Source: Octopus vulgaris (Eukaryota). Taken from it: a stretch of DNA of 64,000 bases. The position numbers and the translations under genes are program-made. The notes under the pieces were generated by a model. The model was not told where the DNA came from and made no database searches. It was given only the letters and a program-made list of their open reading frames with translations. Below, piece by piece: positions 27,539 to 46,506 of the stretch; positions within the stretch are counted from its first letter, which is position 1; every line of letters starts with the position of its first letter. The stretch spans positions 67,270,001-67,334,000 of the forward strand of contig OX597830.1 in the NCBI GenBank assembly GCA_951406725.2. Direction: 5' to 3'.

Positions 27539-28289
27539 GCATTAGAAGGGTATTATGGTAGTAGCAACAACGACCAGCCTGGTTCGCTTGTACCTCCGTC
27601 ACACACAGCAGCAGCGAGTGTAAGTGAACTCCCCTTCACCGTCAACATTACGTCGAGTCAATCTCGGAACGCTGTCACTTGCTTTGGTTCATTGCACTCC
27701 ATTTTCTCGGCTCCAATATTTGGGGGAACAATCAATGTGAACTTCTTTGGTTCAGATGCAAAGCGACCTCGTCTCACAGATAATGAGGACTGTAAAGTTT
27801 TCCTGGACTATTGTGCTCTACTCTGACTGACATTGCTACTCGAAAACATGCTTGAGTATTATTAAAGTTATTGAAGATTCAATCTGTGTTATGTATTTCT
27901 TGAACGTGAACTTGAATGTTAACAAAATGTTAAATAGTCATCAGTTATCAGTCATTTCACCTGAAAACTTAGCGCAATAAAGTCGGACTATCTTCCTGCG
28001 GCATGACATCTTTTACAGTTACACATTGTGACGTCACTGACGTGAAATCAAGCTGTATTCATGCGCGCTTCAACATGATGTGAAGAATTTAATTATTAGA
28101 TTAATAAAATATGGTCGTTTATTCGTGTGTAATAAATAAAATACCAAACTCATTCCCTATGGATACCGTATTTATTACAACTCGTGGCTTGTAAACGTAT
28201 CTAACTTGCTTTCGCTCGTTAGATACGTTTACAAGCCACTCGTTGTAATAAATACGGTATCCATTGGGAACTCGTTTAGTATTCTCTAT
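27539..28289 (+). mobile_element. Crypton-like (tyrosine recombinase/DUF3504-type) element 3' remnant
   Basis: An ATG-less open frame at 27539-27826 ends SLHSIFSAPIFGGTINVNFFGSDAKRPR. A subterminal 53-bp-arm hairpin at 28153-28270 is followed by tattctctat. No catalytic recombinase residues are visible, so the family call rests on resemblance. Confidence 0.5.
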
Positions 28290-28879
28290 GTATTAAACAT
28301 GCTAAAGCACACAGGAGCACAATTCCAGCCCGGAACAGGATGACTTTGACGATGATGTTGATGCTCATAATGGGGAGAAGGGGGATACAGTATACCACTG
28401 TATCGACCAGATTATTAAATGCTGCTGTATTTCACTACGGACTGGTCACAGTGAGCTCTTTCTTGATTGCATGATTCTTGTCCATTTTGACCCCAATTTT
28501 TGAACTAAATCATGTTCCCATAGTCATAGAGGCCTTCTGTGTGGCCCTGTCCAGTCTGTCGGATATCACTCAGCAGCTGTGTTGGATGGGTGCATCGCCA
28601 ACAAGGGACGATGGACAAATGTGTTGCTATGATTTAGGAGAAATAAACAAGCAACAAAAATATCACTGAGAGAGAAAGAGAGAGAGTGAGAGAGAAATAC
28701 AATTATCACTATAAGTGGGTGCGGGGGCGATAGAGAAATGTTATAATATCGGAATTTCAACGTTTCGTAAAAAGAGGACTGTTTTTTGCAGGGAAAAAAC
28801 ATAAAAGGAATTAGTTCAACTTACATGAAGAAAATTTACCGTTTGTTCTATCGGTATAAACGTCTTCAGCAGCATGTTT

Positions 28880-28913
<34 letters not shown>

Positions 28914-28948
28914 GAGTGAGTGGACAAACAAAAGGAGTTACATATATC

Positions 28949-29098
28949 AATCAGAACAGTTTGATTCAAATTCGTTGGTACTTTTGAGTTTCAAACGCGA
29001 TGCTAGTCGTCAGCCATTTTGAATTTGTGTTCAAATTCAAAATGGATAACGACTTGCATCGCGCTTAAATCTCAACGAATTTGAATCAAACTGTTTTG

Positions 29099-29101
<3 letters not shown>
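28949..29101. repeat. Palindromic MITE-like foldback (~150 bp)
   Basis: aatcagaacagtttgattcaaattcgttg ... caacgaatttgaatcaaactgttttgatt, with the inner arms also complementary. Confidence 0.85.
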
Positions 29102-29161
<60 letters not shown>

Positions 29162-29779
29162 TACATATTGTTCGGGATTATGGGCTTTTTGGGGGGTTTG
29201 TGTATGTATGTGTTCGTGCCTATATGCTTATATACACGTGTATATTTCCTTAGGTGGATAGATAAATCATTTGTTTGACCGCACATTACAGGTTGACGCT
29301 CCACCAACCAGCCTCCCCAATGACGCATCTCAAGTCACGTCTGGTTCCTATTGGTTAAAATATGATGCACTTAATTACTCCTTATCTATAACCCTACTGC
29401 GCCTTTGTGATCCGATGTTACTCTTGTCTTGTTTCTCGCCTCCTCTCTAATTTCGTCAGAGAATTCTACTGACATCCTTTTCTATCAGTCTTTTGATGAC
29501 TCTAACTCCTTCTTTATACCAATGCTTTCCTTCTTGTCATTATTTATAATACTAAGTCACTGTGGGTGCCCACCCCATCTCACTCTCCAAACTCATATTA
29601 GTTCACATACATTTCCTGAAAATTTAAATACGCTGCTAGCTTGTGGTTTCTTGCTGTTTCAACTTTCTGTCTCTTAGGTCGATCACACTTACCATATTTA
29701 AGAATCAATACAGAAATTGTTTTACGCATCAAGAATATGTAGAATACTGATTTGAAAACTTTCTGTAGTCCTATGCAAA

Positions 29780-31840
29780 ATCAATGGGCACTATAAACTG
29801 AGAAAGAATGGACCTCGTCTCAAACACCTCTTCATGGCTGATTTAAAACTTTTCGCAAACAGCAGAGTCTGAAAAGGAGGGGCTGGTGTTGAGGCTGTGC
29901 AAATGTGCAACATGGATATAGGGACGGAAGTAGGTATCTCGAAGTTTTCGGTGCTTATTTTGAAGCGAGGGAAAGAGTAAATTGTAGGACTATAGGAGGG
30001 CCAAACGGAGAGAGAATGAAATACCCGGATGATGATGGGTACAAGTAATTTGGGATCCTGGAGCTGGACAATATACTGCACAAAAAAATGAAGACCAAAT
30101 TCGTCGCTGCATATTTGATGAAAATAAGAGAAATAATCTGTCAATCCTTAATGAAAGTAATAGACAATCAACACTACTAATTAACAAGAAAACAATAAAA
30201 ATACTCAATAAATACAAAATTGCAGAACAAGGTAGGCCTGAGTTAAAAGAACAGCTGAAGCCGTCAACATTTCTCTGAACAAAAGAAAGAATTCAATTCT
30301 AACCCCAAAAGATTCTACCAAGAACTTGGCAAGAATAACTTAGAGATCAATGCAGCACCACCAGCAGAAATGGAAGAATTTAGGAAAGAAATATGGTCGT
30401 CGATGGAACTACCTCAGAAAATGTCTTTTAAAATAACAAAAACAGCACCTGAACGACTCTGGACCCTATAACAACTGAAGAGGTCACCCAGGCACTGAAA
30501 AACCTACGCAACTGGAAGGCACCTGGGCACAAGATCCTTAAGTCCTGGTTAAAATACCTGCCAAGAAAACAAAAGGCTGACTGGGAAATTTAATGATATA
30601 CTAGCAAAGCCAGAGACAATGACTGAATGGCTCACGGAAGGGAAAACTATCCTAATTCCCAAATCCTCTGAAACGGCAAACCCACGAAATTACAAAAAGA
30701 ATACTTGTCTCTCTGCATCTTACAAAGCCTTTACTTCAATAATATCACAGCGAATGGGTAAGCGTATCGAAGAAAATAGCCTTTGCTTCCAGAAGAGCAG
30801 AAGGGATGCTGCAAGGGCTGTAAAGATCAGCTACTTATCACTAAAGCCATAATTGAAAACAGTCGCAGAAAGAAGAGAGGGTCTAATTATGGCCAGGGTA
30901 AGATACAACAAACAAAAACAAAAGATAAGATAAGAAAAGAATGCTATAGACGAGTTAGATTAATACTGAAAACAGAGCTCAATGCAAAAAACAAGATAAT
31001 ACGGTATCAACACTTGCCGTCACAGTTACCGAGACAATATTCTTAACTGGACGCTAAATGAACTAATCAAAATAGACTGGAAAAGAAGAAAAATAGTGAC
31101 AGAATTTAGGATGCACCACCCAAGATCTGACGTTAAAGTGTTTTGTATACAACGTATGGAAGGTGGTAGATGCCTTATACAGCTAGAAAACCTTTACAAA
31201 ATAACCACCTAGGACTACAGAAGTACCTACTTCAGACGCAAGGAAAACTATTACAAATAGCCACAAAAAACAATCAAAACCAAAAAGAGTCGTAGTATCT
31301 AACAGGTATGAGGAAAAAGAAGAAAAAACAAACGATGTAAAATAACTGAAATCCAAACTAAAACTGGAACAGCAACGGATCATGATAAAATGATGGCAAG
31401 GAAAGCCCCTTCATGGCAAATATTGGGTTAAACTAAACGCAAAATAGACAAAGCAAAATCCTAACAATGGCTGAGAAGCTCAGGACTCAGAGTAGAGACT
31501 AAAGGATTTTTATTTTCAACACAAGACCAAATCTTCCTCAATACACACAGGTAGAGAAATTAAGGCTATCAGGTCGGGTATAGTTGCTAGAGATCATCAA
31601 TAAAAAAATGCTTTCTACTTGATATATCAATACCAACAGATGACAAAGTTTTTCTAAAATAAATAGAGAAACTATCAAACTGCAAGAATCTGGAAGTAGA
31701 GGTAACACGAATGTGGAATCTAAAAACAGAAACAAATAATTCCTATCACAGTAGGTATGATAAAAAGTATTCAGAAAAATGCATAAGAAAAATACAAGGA
31801 CTTACAAGTAAATATAAACATAGAAAATAGCACAAATATG
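29780..31840 (+). mobile_element. Rearranged, degraded R4/Dong-like LINE
   Basis: HLFMADLKLF, NWKAPG, WLTEGKTILIPK, PEEQKGCCKGCKDQLLI, RVRLILKTELNAKNKI and LHGK..WLRSSGL..ETKGF. Confidence 0.78.
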
Positions 31841-31849
31841 AAAATAAGA

Positions 31850-32390
31850 GGACCACAACAAACCGCAGCACATACCCAAGGTGCTCAGAGCTATGCTCGG
31901 TAGTGCAGTGACAACTTGAGATAAAAATAAGCGGTTGAGCAGGGACTTCACCTGTGCTTGTTTTCAATGAGTCATTACTGAGAGCATGAGGCCTTCGGGC
32001 CATTTGACATTGGTGAAGTTGAAATCACGCATAAGAAATATGTTCACGTGGTGTTCCAGTTGCATGAGGATTTCATTAATTCTTGTGAGGCAATCTTCAC
32101 ACTTGCCTATGTGGTTTGGAGCCTCCGGTGGGCAATATGTATTGCATATGACTGTATTGTGTTGCTTTATGTATACAACTAGAATGGCACATTCTGAATT
32201 TGAATATGACAGTAAGACCTTGGGTTTGAGGTCATTACGGATGTATACAGAAACTCTATGGTTCCTTTCCCTTCAGTCTGTTCGCAGTATGATATATTTT
32301 GGTACGTGTACTTCTGCATCCTCTATTTTAGGGCTGAGATGAGTTTCCACGAGTGCTATGCTTAGGGCTTGATTACATGCAGCAAGGTCT
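31850..32390 (-). mobile_element. APE endonuclease fragment of a CR1/L2-type LINE
   Basis: The minus strand reads ALVETHL..YIILRTD..VYIRNDL..ICNTYCPP..RDFNF..W. Confidence 0.7.
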
Positions 32391-32408
32391 CTCTCTCTTT
32401 CTCCCTCT

Positions 32409-32492
<84 letters not shown>

Positions 32493-32650
32493 TTTAAATA
32501 GAATTTATAACTATGTATTCCTATGTAAAACCAAGTTGTTTGCCGAATTTGAGATATTTTAAAATTCTTATCTTTTGTCTTGGGTTCGACCCGAATACTT
32601 CTTAAGCAGTTCTATATATTTCGTAAGAAATAATAATAATAATAATAATA

Positions 32651-33105
<455 letters not shown>

Positions 33106-34594
33106 TATTCATAAAGGAGGTAGCAGAGCGGAAGCCAAGAACTATAGACCTATCTCTGACCTCACACATCAGCAAGGTCATGGAACGAATAGTCAGAAGG
33201 AAGCTGATCACCTTCCTTGAAGAGAATGACTTGCTGCCCGACACCCAACATGGTTTCCGACCAGGGAGAAGCTGTTTAACTCAGCTCCTACAACACTATG
33301 ACTGGGTGCTGAAACGGCTGCTCAACCACTCAAATGTGGAAGTGATATATCTCGACTTTGCAAAGGCCTTTGATAAAGTCGATCATGGAATGATATGTCA
33401 CAAACTGCGTGATCTCAACATAGTTGGAAAACTGGGAGAATGGCTTCATGACTTTCTGAAGGATAGAAGTCAGGTGGTAGTAGCCAATGGGGCCACCTCC
33501 ATTAACACACAAATAGTGAGCGGTGTTCCGCAGGGCACTGTTCTGGGACCACTACTGTTCATAATGGCCCTCTCAGACATGCCCTCAGCCACGCAGAGAG
33601 CCACGATCACAAGTTATGCAGATGATACAAAAGTCTCACAGGCAATACAGAACCCTGAGGACACTAAACACCTGCAATGTGAGCTGGACGAAATATACAA
33701 GTGGGCTGAAAAGAATAGCATGCAGTTCAATGCTGGAAAGTTTCAAGCTTTATACTATCAGCATGCAAAACTGAATGCAATACCCGATGAATACACTGGA
33801 CCCGGAGGGATTGCAATCCCAGAGGCACAATCAGTGCGTGACCTGGGTATTCACATGAGTGATGACGCGACCTTTCATGTACATGTTGCTAAACTGACAA
33901 TGAAATGTAGACGGCTGGCTGGATGGATTCTTAGAACCTTTAGAACAAGAGAACAAGAAACCATGATGGTCCTCTGGAAGACACTTGTCCTAAGCCACTT
34001 TGACTATTGCTCTCAGCTATGGTCACCATCCAGTGTCAAGTTGATCACAGAACTTGAGGCGATCCAACGAAGCTACACAAAGAAGATAGCCTCTATGCAG
34101 AATGTAAGCTACTGGGGAAGACTCAAGAGATTAAAATTATATTCCCTGGAGCGTAGGCGGGAAAGATATGCCATAATATACATCTGGAAGATCCTGGAGG
34201 GAAGTGTCCTGAACTTTGGCATCGAGAGTTACGCAAATCCCAGAACTGGGCGCCACTGCGTGGTGCCTAGGACTCCAAACCTGCCATCAAGATGTAGGAC
34301 AAGATTCTGTGATAGCCTGGGCTTCCGAGGCCCACAGCTCTTCAATATCCTCCCGAAGAACCTGAGAGACCTGCATGGGGTGGATACAGATGTCTTTAAA
34401 ATGAAGCTGGATCTCTTCCTGTCAGGTGTCCCAGATGAACCAACTTCACGGCAGGAGGGGCAGATGAGGGCAGCTGCATCGAACTCTCTCATGCACCAAA
34501 TAGCAGTTGCTAGAAAGCCTCCATGAAGTGAAACCAAGTAGCAACACAAAATGGCGGTGCCCCAGCATGGCCACAGCTCATAAGCTGAAACTAG

Positions 34595-34624
<30 letters not shown>
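33106..34624 (+). mobile_element. 5'-truncated CR1/L2-type LINE (reverse transcriptase to 3' end, (ATCA)n tail)
   Basis: [58 protein letters not shown] and [10 protein letters not shown]. Stop at 34526, then a short 3' UTR and an ATCA tail. Confidence 0.95.
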
Positions 34625-38185
<3,561 letters not shown>

Positions 38186-38336
38186 AATTAAGGACTGAAC
38201 ACGAAAAGTGGACAGTCAACATGCTAGATATAGACGTCAAATCGTCATTCACCACAAAAGATTATGTTCTCAGATCAAACTCAACACAAAACCATAGCAA
38301 TAAACAAGTGAAAAATATACGAAATAAAATAATTAC

Positions 38337-38401
38337 CCATGTACTAACTTAGTTTCAGCTGTTATTTTCCGCAAGGAAAACTGCAGCCATCATCAGCATG
38401 G
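38337..38401 (-). ncRNA. Type I hammerhead ribozyme motif
   Basis: Minus strand: ccaug-CUGAUGA-u ggcug..uuuucc uugc ggaaaa..cagcu-GAAAC uaa g uua GUA-caugg. All three stems pair. Confidence 0.75.
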
Positions 38402-38860
38402 TCCGTTATAAATGTAATTTGCTGGACTAAATGCAAACACGATACCGAAATATCGCGTGCATGGAGTTCAGCCTATTACATTTGAATATATCTTTCAAAT
38501 GCCTTTACCTTGGCGCGTTGAAATCCGAAAAAACTAGCCTGCAGCTATATATATATATACATATATACATATATCAACAATTGAGGGTAAAGTTAATTAG
38601 TTATTAATCAATTTCACCAAGTATTCAGTATGTAAAAGGACCATTATTTTTTTGAGTAAACAATGTCTGAGAGAAAATATTCTTTAAGTAGTGGAAGAGG
38701 CTAAAAAACTTTTTTGGCTGCTATTTCTAGAAAGTTCAGTATGTGGCAAAGTAATTTATTTTACTAAGCCCTAATTATATAATATTTTATACATACATAC
38801 ACATACATACACACATACATATACACATACATATGCATACACACATATATACATATATAC

Positions 38861-38894
<34 letters not shown>

Positions 38895-39161
38895 TTTTTT
38901 ACATACATACACACACACACACACATAATACATGCTTATATTCCTACTATACCCATACATTTCTATACATATATACGATACACATATACAAGCGTGCACA
39001 TACAATATGTGAAAGGTCTTAGGAGAAAAGGTAATCGGGGGTGCTAGGGGAACGGTGGGATTGGGGGGGTTTGTGGGTGGGGTGTCATCAATCTGGTTGC
39101 CGGGTAGGTCTATAGTTCTTGTAGTTTGCATATATATATATGTATGTATATATATATATGT

Positions 39162-39202
<41 letters not shown>

Positions 39203-39214
39203 TATATGTATATA

Positions 39215-41760
39215 CTCTTTTATTCTTTTACTTGTTTCAGCCATCCGGCTGAGGCCATGCTGGGGCACCGCCCTTGTTGCTACCCTCTCTAAGTCCAGTT
39301 TGCCGTGGCTGGCCACTGATCTAAGAGAGTTTGTAGCTGCTGCCCTTAGGTTACCTTCGTACCTTGCAGTGGGTTCATCTGGGATCCCGGAAAGCAGCTT
39401 GTCTAGATGTTTTTTGAAAATGTCCACATCCGCATCATGTAGATCTCTTAATTTTCTTGGCAGTTTGTTGAACAACTGAGGGCCCCTGAACCCCAGGCTA
39501 TTACAGTATCTGCTCCTTACCCTGGATGTGGAAGACGGGACCTTTGGCACCACATAGTGACGTCCTGTACGGGGATTGGAACAGCTCTCAATTCCAAAAT
39601 TTGGTGCTAGTCCCTCCAGGATTTTCCATATGTATATCACTGCATATCTCTCTCGTCTTCGTTCCAAGGAGTACAAATTGAGTTCCCTAAGCCTCTCCCA
39701 ATAGTTCTTTTCTTTCATGGTGGAAATCCTCTTGGTGAAATGTCTTTGGATTGTCTCAAGCTCTGTGGTCAGTTTGACACTATGCGGTGACCACAGTTGG
39801 GAGGAGTAGCCCAGGCGGCTTAGGACAAATGTCCTCCATAGTGTCCACATGGTCTCGCAGTCTCTTGTCCGGAATGTCCTCAGGATCCAGCCAGTGAGTC
39901 GTCTGCACATTGTCGCCACCTTCGCGATGTGTGAAGAAAAAGATGCATCGTCACTCATGTCTATCCCCAGGTCCCGTATTGATTTCGATACTGGGATTTC
40001 GATCCCTCCTGGACCAGTATAGTTGTGTTGTAATGTATATGTGTTTACAGCTTGATATTGTAAGGCTTGAAATTTACCAGCATTAAATTGCATGTTGTTG
40101 TCTTCAGCCCATTTGTATATGGCATCCAGATCTTGTTGTAAAAGGTCAGCATCAGCTGGGTTTTTGATTGCCTGTGCTACCTTTGTGTCATCAGCATAGC
40201 TAGTGAGGGATGTTGTTTGTGCTACCAAGGGCATGTCAGAGAGCGCCACCAAAAACAGCAAGGGTCCCAAGACTGTGCCCTGTGGCACCCCGCTTGCTAT
40301 TGGTGTCTTTCCCGAGAGGGCTCCATTGGCAGCAACCATCTGGCTTCTGTCCTTCAGGAAGTCATGTATCCACTCACCTACTTTTCCTGTTATGCCGAGT
40401 CTGAGTAATTTGTGACATATCACTCCGTGGTCGACTTTGTCAAAGGCCTTCGCAAAGTCGAGATATACCACATCCACCTGTGAGCGATCCAGTAGTTGTT
40501 TCAGTACCCAGTCGTAGTGTTGTAACAGCTGCGTAAAGCAGCTTCTTCCTGGGCGAAAGCCATGCTGTGTGTCAGTGAGACGGTTAGTTTCTTCGAGGAA
40601 CGTGATCAGTTTTTTTCTGATGATTCGTTCCATGACGTTACTCATGTGTGACGTCAGGGAGACTGGCCTGTAGTTTTTGGCCTCTGCTCTACTCCCTCCT
40701 TTGTGGATAGGGCATATGGTGCCTTCTTTTAGCGCCCTGGGCAGTTTACCGTTAGCCAAGGAACCACTGAAGAACCTCTTCAGTGGTCCCGCTAGGGCAT
40801 GCCTGCATGCTTTTAGGAGGACTGCTGGGAATCCATCTGGTCCAGCAGCTGAGTTTATTCTCATTTCTTCTATGGCAGATATTACATCCCTCTCTGTTAT
40901 GTCTATGTGGTCGATGGTTGTTGTTTGGTTTTGGAGTGTTGTGGCATCAAAGAAAACTTCTGGGTTTGTGATTTGCATGTGCCCCAGAGGGGATGTGAAC
41001 ACACTTTTATACTGTTCCTTTAGTATTTCACTTATCCCTTGGGGGTCCTCAGTTAGAGAGCCCTTTTTATCAACGAGTGGGCCAATCTTGCAGTGTACCG
41101 AGGTGGTTTCTTTCGCAAATTTAAAGAAGGCTTTAGGGTTTGTTTTAATATTCTCTATGGCCCTGGCTTCTCTCTCTGCCCTCTCCTTCTCATAGGAAAG
41201 TTTGAGTGCAGTTTCCGTTTCAAAAAGTTTCAGGTGGAGTCCCTCATTGTTTCTCTGCCGTGCATTCAGTTGCTTCGAGAGCTTAGCTCTTCGCCTCATA
41301 AGTATTTTCCTGTCTCTGGGAATAACGTTCCTATGCCCGCTGGCTTTTTTCTCCGGGACAAACTTATGGCATATGTTCTGTATTGTTGTCATGAAATGTT
41401 GGAAATGTGTGTTGGTGTCTTGTGTGGTGATGAAGTCACTCCAGCATGTTTTCGGATCTCTTCGTTGATCTTCTTCCAGTTTGCCTTATGGAAGTTTAGA
41501 CTGGATAGGCCTGTGGTATTTTCTAATGGCTGCGTCTCAACTAACTCTCTCATACCATATATCATTACCTCTACTAAGTTGTGATCTGAGAGAATTGTTG
41601 GTATTACCATTATGTTGTGGATGAGCATCGGGTTGCTTGTGAAACAGAGGTCCAAGACATTCTCACCTCTTGTTGGCCGAAGCACTGCTTGTTCCATGAA
41701 AAACTTGCATGTGAGAGCCAACAAGGACTCTGTCTGTCTCTGTTCAAGTGATGTCATTCC
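39215..41760 (-). mobile_element. 5'-truncated CR1/L2-type LINE (end of endonuclease + intact RT domain), flanked by (TA)n
   Basis: [52 protein letters not shown] and YADDTK. One frameshift near 41390. The 3' end ggcggtgccccagcatggcc is present. Confidence 0.95.
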
Positions 41761-42747
<987 letters not shown>

Positions 42748-43095
42748 TGTTCTTCAGCCAGGTTTGCATTGTTGATGCCTATGTTATCTTCTGAGAATAT
42801 AGATGCTTTTGTCACAAGAACTAATGCCTTAGTGTAGCGAGGAAGCGTTCATATGCGAATAGTATTTGTGCAAGACACCTGCAATCATGGGTGAATTGAG
42901 AAATATAAGAAGTTAGTTCCTGTTAAGATTGCACAATCCTTGCAAAAGTTGTACAAATTTCATGTAAAATATTGTATCAATATATGTCCGTTTTTCAATT
43001 GGGAAAATGTAGAATTAATATGTACACGCTTAAATAAACTTACATTAAATGATATTTATATGTTCATCATAATTTTTAAAAAAATGTTTCTATAA

Positions 43096-43236
43096 CGAAC
43101 TCTCTCATGCACCAAATAGCAGTTGCTAGAAAGCCTCCATGAAGTGAAACCAAGTAGCAACACCAAATGGCGGTGCCCCAGCATGACCACAGCTCATAAG
43201 CTGAAACTAGAATCAATCAATCAATCAATCAATCAA
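43096..43236 (+). mobile_element. Very short 5'-truncated copy of the 33106-34624 LINE family
   Basis: Near-identical to 34480-34624, including the (ATCA)n tail. Confidence 0.9.
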
Positions 43237-43778
43237 CGTTTAAAGCTATTTAATGTTTTACCGTTTTTCTTCTTTGAATTTTAGTCTCTTGGGAGTCTTT
43301 TGATGATTTCAGGATGTGAACTTTATAATTCATGTATACATATATAAATTGTGTTTCATATTGCATCTGAGGATATTATTTTCCTAAAGATTTTATTTAA
43401 TTATGCCTAAATTAGTAAGACATTAAAAGGATCTGCACTGATATCATAAATACTGAACTTCATAAAAATAAAATAGTTGTAAATACGATTTCAGATCTTC
43501 ATTTGAATTCAATGATGCTAACCATGTTGAAATCTCTAAAACTAAATTGAAAATAAAACTGTTTATATTTTTTCTGTAAATGGATTTTTCTGTGTCTATA
43601 TCCGTGTGTAGTTGTTAGACTTTTAGATGTGGTTATTCTTTGCCTCTTGCTTACTACTGTTACTTATATACCTCCTCCTTCAAACATATATTTTACTTAA
43701 AATTTATTTTCTATACCTAGAAATACTAACCCAAACGTTTCTTTCAACAATTAACATTGTTTTTCCTCTTTTCTCTAG

Positions 43779-43834
43779 CCTGAAACAACAGAAACACTAA
43801 TTCAAGCGCCTTTGGCATCGATATGTTTTGATAT
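43779..43834 (+). CDS. Putative host-gene micro-exon C (56 nt, phase 0->2): PETTETLIQAPLASICFD(I)
   Basis: Strong pyrimidine tract ttttcctcttttctctAG and donor GTAAGT. Flanks are homologous to the exon A and E flanks. Confidence 0.65.
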
Positions 43835-45514
43835 GTAAGTAGACAGACATTTCCAGATAAACTTTCTTCATCATATCGAAAGACACGCTAAATACCTACA
43901 TATCTCGATATCTGATCCTTACAGAATGTACCAATCTCTCATCCACTTTGCACCTCCTATATTTATCACGTATAACTCGTTACATGTAAATTTATTTATA
44001 TGTAATTTGATAAGTATTTTTATATAAATTTTTATATTTCTTCTATATTTCTATGTATGTTTGATTTCATTCTTTATAACCTTGGGGAATTTTCACGCCT
44101 GTACATGCATGATTTATGTTGATGTGTATAAATATATATGATTCAACTACTTCGATTGAAATTTCTCATTTATGCGTTCGGGAATCTGTTTGACTTTCCA
44201 AGACTTGCGTTTTAAATTTTCTCTACTCTGTATTTTTTCGCGTAGGCTCTCTATGAGCACTCCGTAAATAGCCCATACATTTTAAAACATACCTACATAC
44301 TTAATATATATAAATATACATATATGTGTGTGTGTGTATTTATTTATTATAGACTTTCTACTGACTCCTTCTCTCTCTTGTATTCCCAGCCTTTCTTCTT
44401 TCCCTTCATCCCTTCCGTATTTTTCTCTGTCGTTCTCTCACCCTGCAGTCTTTCTCCTCTGCCTGCTGCTGTCGCGTGACCAACTGCCAGTACCCCTTTT
44501 TCTTCCCTTCTTACACTGGTCCTGTAGCTGAACAGTCGCAAATTTTCTGTCGCTATGTTCACCATCTTCCAAGACATTTTCTAAGCGTTACCTCTTCTCC
44601 TCGGTCCCAAGGCCCTATTTTGTTTGCGAATTAGAAAACATATTTAAATGATTAAATGTTCACAAATTCAATAATATCAGAAAATGATGGGCGAAGTATA
44701 TAAAAAATGTGGATCGCCAAAAGTTCAGTCATACTGATTTAAGAGAGAAACAAATAAAGAAAGAAGAGAGTAAGCAAAAGGGATTTTGTTACAGTTTCTT
44801 TCATCTTGCACGTGATTCCTTTTACCGTCGCGTAGAGGGTTTTTCGCCTGTAACGGACTGCTTTGGAATCCGTGTATCTATAATCTTTTCTGTGAAAGGA
44901 TATAATTTTTGATTCGTTATAATTCTTATTCTTATTCTTTCTGGAGACCAAGTTTGACATTCTGCCTGGTTGTCTTGCCTGTGGGGAATGGTCATGAAAC
45001 GTTCCTGTTGTTTGATTCTCTTACCGAGTCAGTCTGTTTATTTTCTTGAGGGTCCAGTTCTGATCGGAGGTAAAATTTCATTGGTCTAGTGATAGGTTAT
45101 TGCATGGTGATTTGGAGTTGCGGTTTCGAAGGCCGAAAGGAAGTTACATGCCGATCGGTTGAGATACTCCAACAAAGTAGATGAAATATGCTTTGTTATT
45201 TGTGTGTGTGTGTTAATATTTTTATTTAAGAAAAATAGTAATATAGTAAAATAAGGTGATGATAATAATCCTTTCTACTGTAGGCACAATGTCTCGAGTT
45301 TGTGGTGAAGAGACTAGTCGGCTACACCGACTCCAGTGTTTTTACTGGTACTTAATTTATCGACCTTCAAAAGATAATAATAAAAGAAAGTATACAAAAA
45401 TGTTAAAATATGAAATTTAATTAAAATGAAAATGAATAATAGTAAATAATTAATATTGATAAAACTTAATAATTATAAAACTTAAAATATTCAGGCTAAG
45501 ATAATAGTAGTCTA

Positions 45515-45830
45515 TAGTATAAGATGTATAGAGGGATGATGCAGTAACAAGACAGTGACATACGTAGGGGAAACGGCACGAAGCGTAGGAGAGTGGGTAA
45601 ATAGACATTGGAGAGAACTTAAGGAAGGTAAAAGCTCATCGATTCGGTACCAACATGCCGAGCATGAGCACGGGGGATCAATCAACAACATAGAAGTTAA
45701 AATCCTGTCCACGCATAGAACAGATGCAACAATCAGACAAATTACGGAAGCTACACACATAATAGAAGATAAACCTAGCCTGAATAGGAAACTGGAATGG
45801 AACACTAGCACACACCACAACATATGACAG
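45515..45830 (+). mobile_element. GIY-YIG endonuclease fragment (Penelope-like)
   Basis: IVYSIRC..TYVGETARSVGEWVNRH..S.IRYQHA..H..IRQITEATHIIEDKPSLN. Confidence 0.8.
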
Positions 45831-45980
45831 TAGAGGATCCCCATAAACTGGTTACAATATAAACAAAGCCGAAAACATAAATAAAATACACAGATAAATA
45901 AACAAATAGAAATAAATAACTGTGTAATTTTTTTTTTAAATTAAAAAAATTTTTTTTAAATTTTCAAATGTTTTAAAATG

Positions 45981-46019
<39 letters not shown>

Positions 46020-46473
46020 TAGTATTGTTGTTATACGTACATACATACAAGCATACGTAACGATAATAATATGTGGATGTAAACACATGAAGAAAATAAG
46101 AATAAACAAAAACAAAAACAAATTACACGAACGTATATAAACAGAAGATACAAATATTACAGGCATTCACACACACATACACTAACTAAACATAGACGCA
46201 CATAGAGATATAAGCATGCGCAAATGAATACACATAGACTCATACAATAGAAAAGCAAAATGGCTGACGGTTAGTAAGGAGAGACACACAAATAAGAAAT
46301 AAGAAAGCAAAGGACCACTGATGCGGTCACAGGAGTGTGACGAAAGAACTCTGACCGAAATAAGATTAAGTTTAATGTAAAAAATAAATAGCACTGAAGC
46401 AAAGTAACACCAAATATATGGTGCGTGTGTTTTTATTGGCTAAACTGGCAAAATGACCATTCCGAAATATAAC

Positions 46474-46506
<33 letters not shown>

